Shown: piece after piece, positions 62,181-64,000 of the stretch
How the letters are laid out: every line of letters begins with the position of its first letter
Position numbering within the stretch: the stretch's first letter is position 1
Translations under genes and position numbers: made by a program
The notes under the pieces: model-generated
What the model was told of the DNA's origin: nothing
Seen by the model: only the letters and a program-made list of their open reading frames with translations
Databases searched by the model: none
Source of the DNA: Mytilus edulis
Lineage: Eukaryota
DNA length: 64,000 bases
Assembly: GCF_963676685.1 (NCBI RefSeq)
Contig: NC_092355.1
Coordinates: 25,792,001 to 25,856,000, forward strand
Direction of reading: 5' to 3'

Positions 62181-64000
62181 GGCAACGGTCTTCTGCAGTA
62201 ATGCGTTCATTATTCTTTTAAATGTCTACACGTCTGTCTATAAATTCAATAGTTTGTTGACATATTAAAATGCAGCCTGTCTATGGATCGACTAGTGTGT
62301 GAATGTATTTCCTGGTATGTGTATGTGTCCACGATGATTGTATGATATCTCTAAAGTAATTTCAAAAATGATTACTTCCCTTTAACGGTTAATTCATTTC
62401 CAACTGACGTTGTCCACGCTTCAATAAAGGGAAGATGCTTCTCGTGTTACCTTGGGGGATAACATGCTCCATGTTTCCTTTTATCACGCTTTGGGGGAAA
62501 GTAGGATCATGTCTATTTTCCCGAGAGGGAAATGGACCGAACCATTTCTTCCTCATGGAAAAATTCGCATAGGGGAAAGTAACTACAGTTATTGTTTATT
62601 TATTCAAATGCCCAAACAAGAACGATAATTAAATCTCGACGGCAATTTGTTACACATATGACATTTTGTATGAACAGAGACAAAAGATACCAAATGGAGA
62701 TTCAGCCTCAAAAGTCCACAAAATAAACATTTTGGCAAATCAAAAATTCCGACAAAATAACAGTTCAATAAACACAGCATAAAAAAACTAACGACTGAGA
62801 AACAAAACCAAGCAAAATACCGGGGTCGATATCAGGTGCACCAAATAAGCAGAACAGGCTCCTCATATGGCCTCCATATTGTTCCTCAAGTAACAGTTGA
62901 ACACATTAAATGATAAAACTATCACTGTAACGTTTACACCAACAATTCTTTTGAAAATATACTCATAAACGAAAAACAAATTAGATATACAATAAGTACT
63001 AAGTACTTCATGTTCATGAACTACAGACTCTTGACCTGTAACAGGCACATACAGAATGTAACTTACATTGACGTTGGCTGAGTGTCAGAATTTATATGTC
63101 ATATGCGACTTTTTGTTTTATCCGTTTATATAAAACTTAAGAGTTTTAAATCCGAATATATCATATTGGTAAGATTTCTACATTCATTAGAAAATAATGT
63201 CAAAAATATTTATTATACTTCATGGTAATATGCTATATTTTGATTGGCTAAGAGGGGGTATTAATTTACTCTAGCAAGTGGTGGAGCGAGTAACAATTTT
63301 TTTTAATGTCACCCTCTCGTTCGGACCAATCAAAATCGAAAATTTAAAGGACAATGAATTGAATTTACATGAAATAATTCAAAACAATGCTTAAGTTCTG
63401 CGTTTTGGAGCGGATTTTAGTATTTAACTGTCAAAATAAAAGAAATAAAACATCTTGCCTAATTTTTTTTTTCTAATACCTGTAACGTTGTTGTGTACGC
63501 GACGTCACATGAAATACTTTTAAAATAAAACTAATTAGTGAAAGACAATAATGAAGCAGAAACAACGCAAATCAGTAGTTACAGACATCTGTTTCTAAAC
63601 GTTTATTACAGTTACGGATATCAGACTATACAGTTACCCATATCCTCACAATTTTTTTTTCAAATGATTATTATATCCATTTAACGGTTGGACTATGAAA
63701 AGAAGCTTTGTATTTCAGTTTCAAACTGAGTAATACTTTAATACGAAATACCGAATAATGATTATTACAGAATTGAGAAAAGAAATATTGAACAGTGACA
63801 TCGTCCGTCATCTTCTGATATATATACGTAACTGCAGTAATACTAGTACAAGTACTTCCGCCTATTTTTTTTTCTTCGCAAGATGTCGCTTAGATATTTG
63901 GAATATGATATCGAACAGTTAATACGCTTTTGAAACCAACTCTACTTACCAGAATACTTTCCCATGTAAGAGTTATCTCCCGAAACACTGTTTTCCTTGT

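Overview
AT-rich, intron-rich, repeat-dense animal genomic DNA with one 130-N assembly gap (12755-12884). The repeat families suggest a bivalve, probably a Mytilus-type mussel (inference). Most entries in the ORF track are spurious. Manual splicing gives three phase-consistent genes. (1) + strand 19019-35392: a 236-aa secreted protein made of a signal peptide, a defensin-like 7-Cys module and one MAM domain, with a GC-AG intron after the Cys module. (2) - strand 41579-46401: a 320-aa GNAT acetyltransferase of the NAT16/histidine N-acetyltransferase type, with a second intact copy of its first coding exon at 50721-50897. (3) + strand 55590-61043: a 274-aa secreted Cys-rich protein with a 24-nt microexon and a Lys/Arg/Tyr/Gly patch. 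The non-coding part holds three different minimal type I hammerhead ribozyme families: an intact retrozyme-type copy at 17223-17266, Penelope-linked copies at 36504-36549 and 37357-37402, and a pair inside a 265-bp palindrome. It also holds Penelope-like RT relics, tRNA-derived SINEs, several MITE/foldback elements, a 45-bp satellite, a HARBI1-like relic and two local duplications of gene pieces. All calls are by eye; no searches were run.
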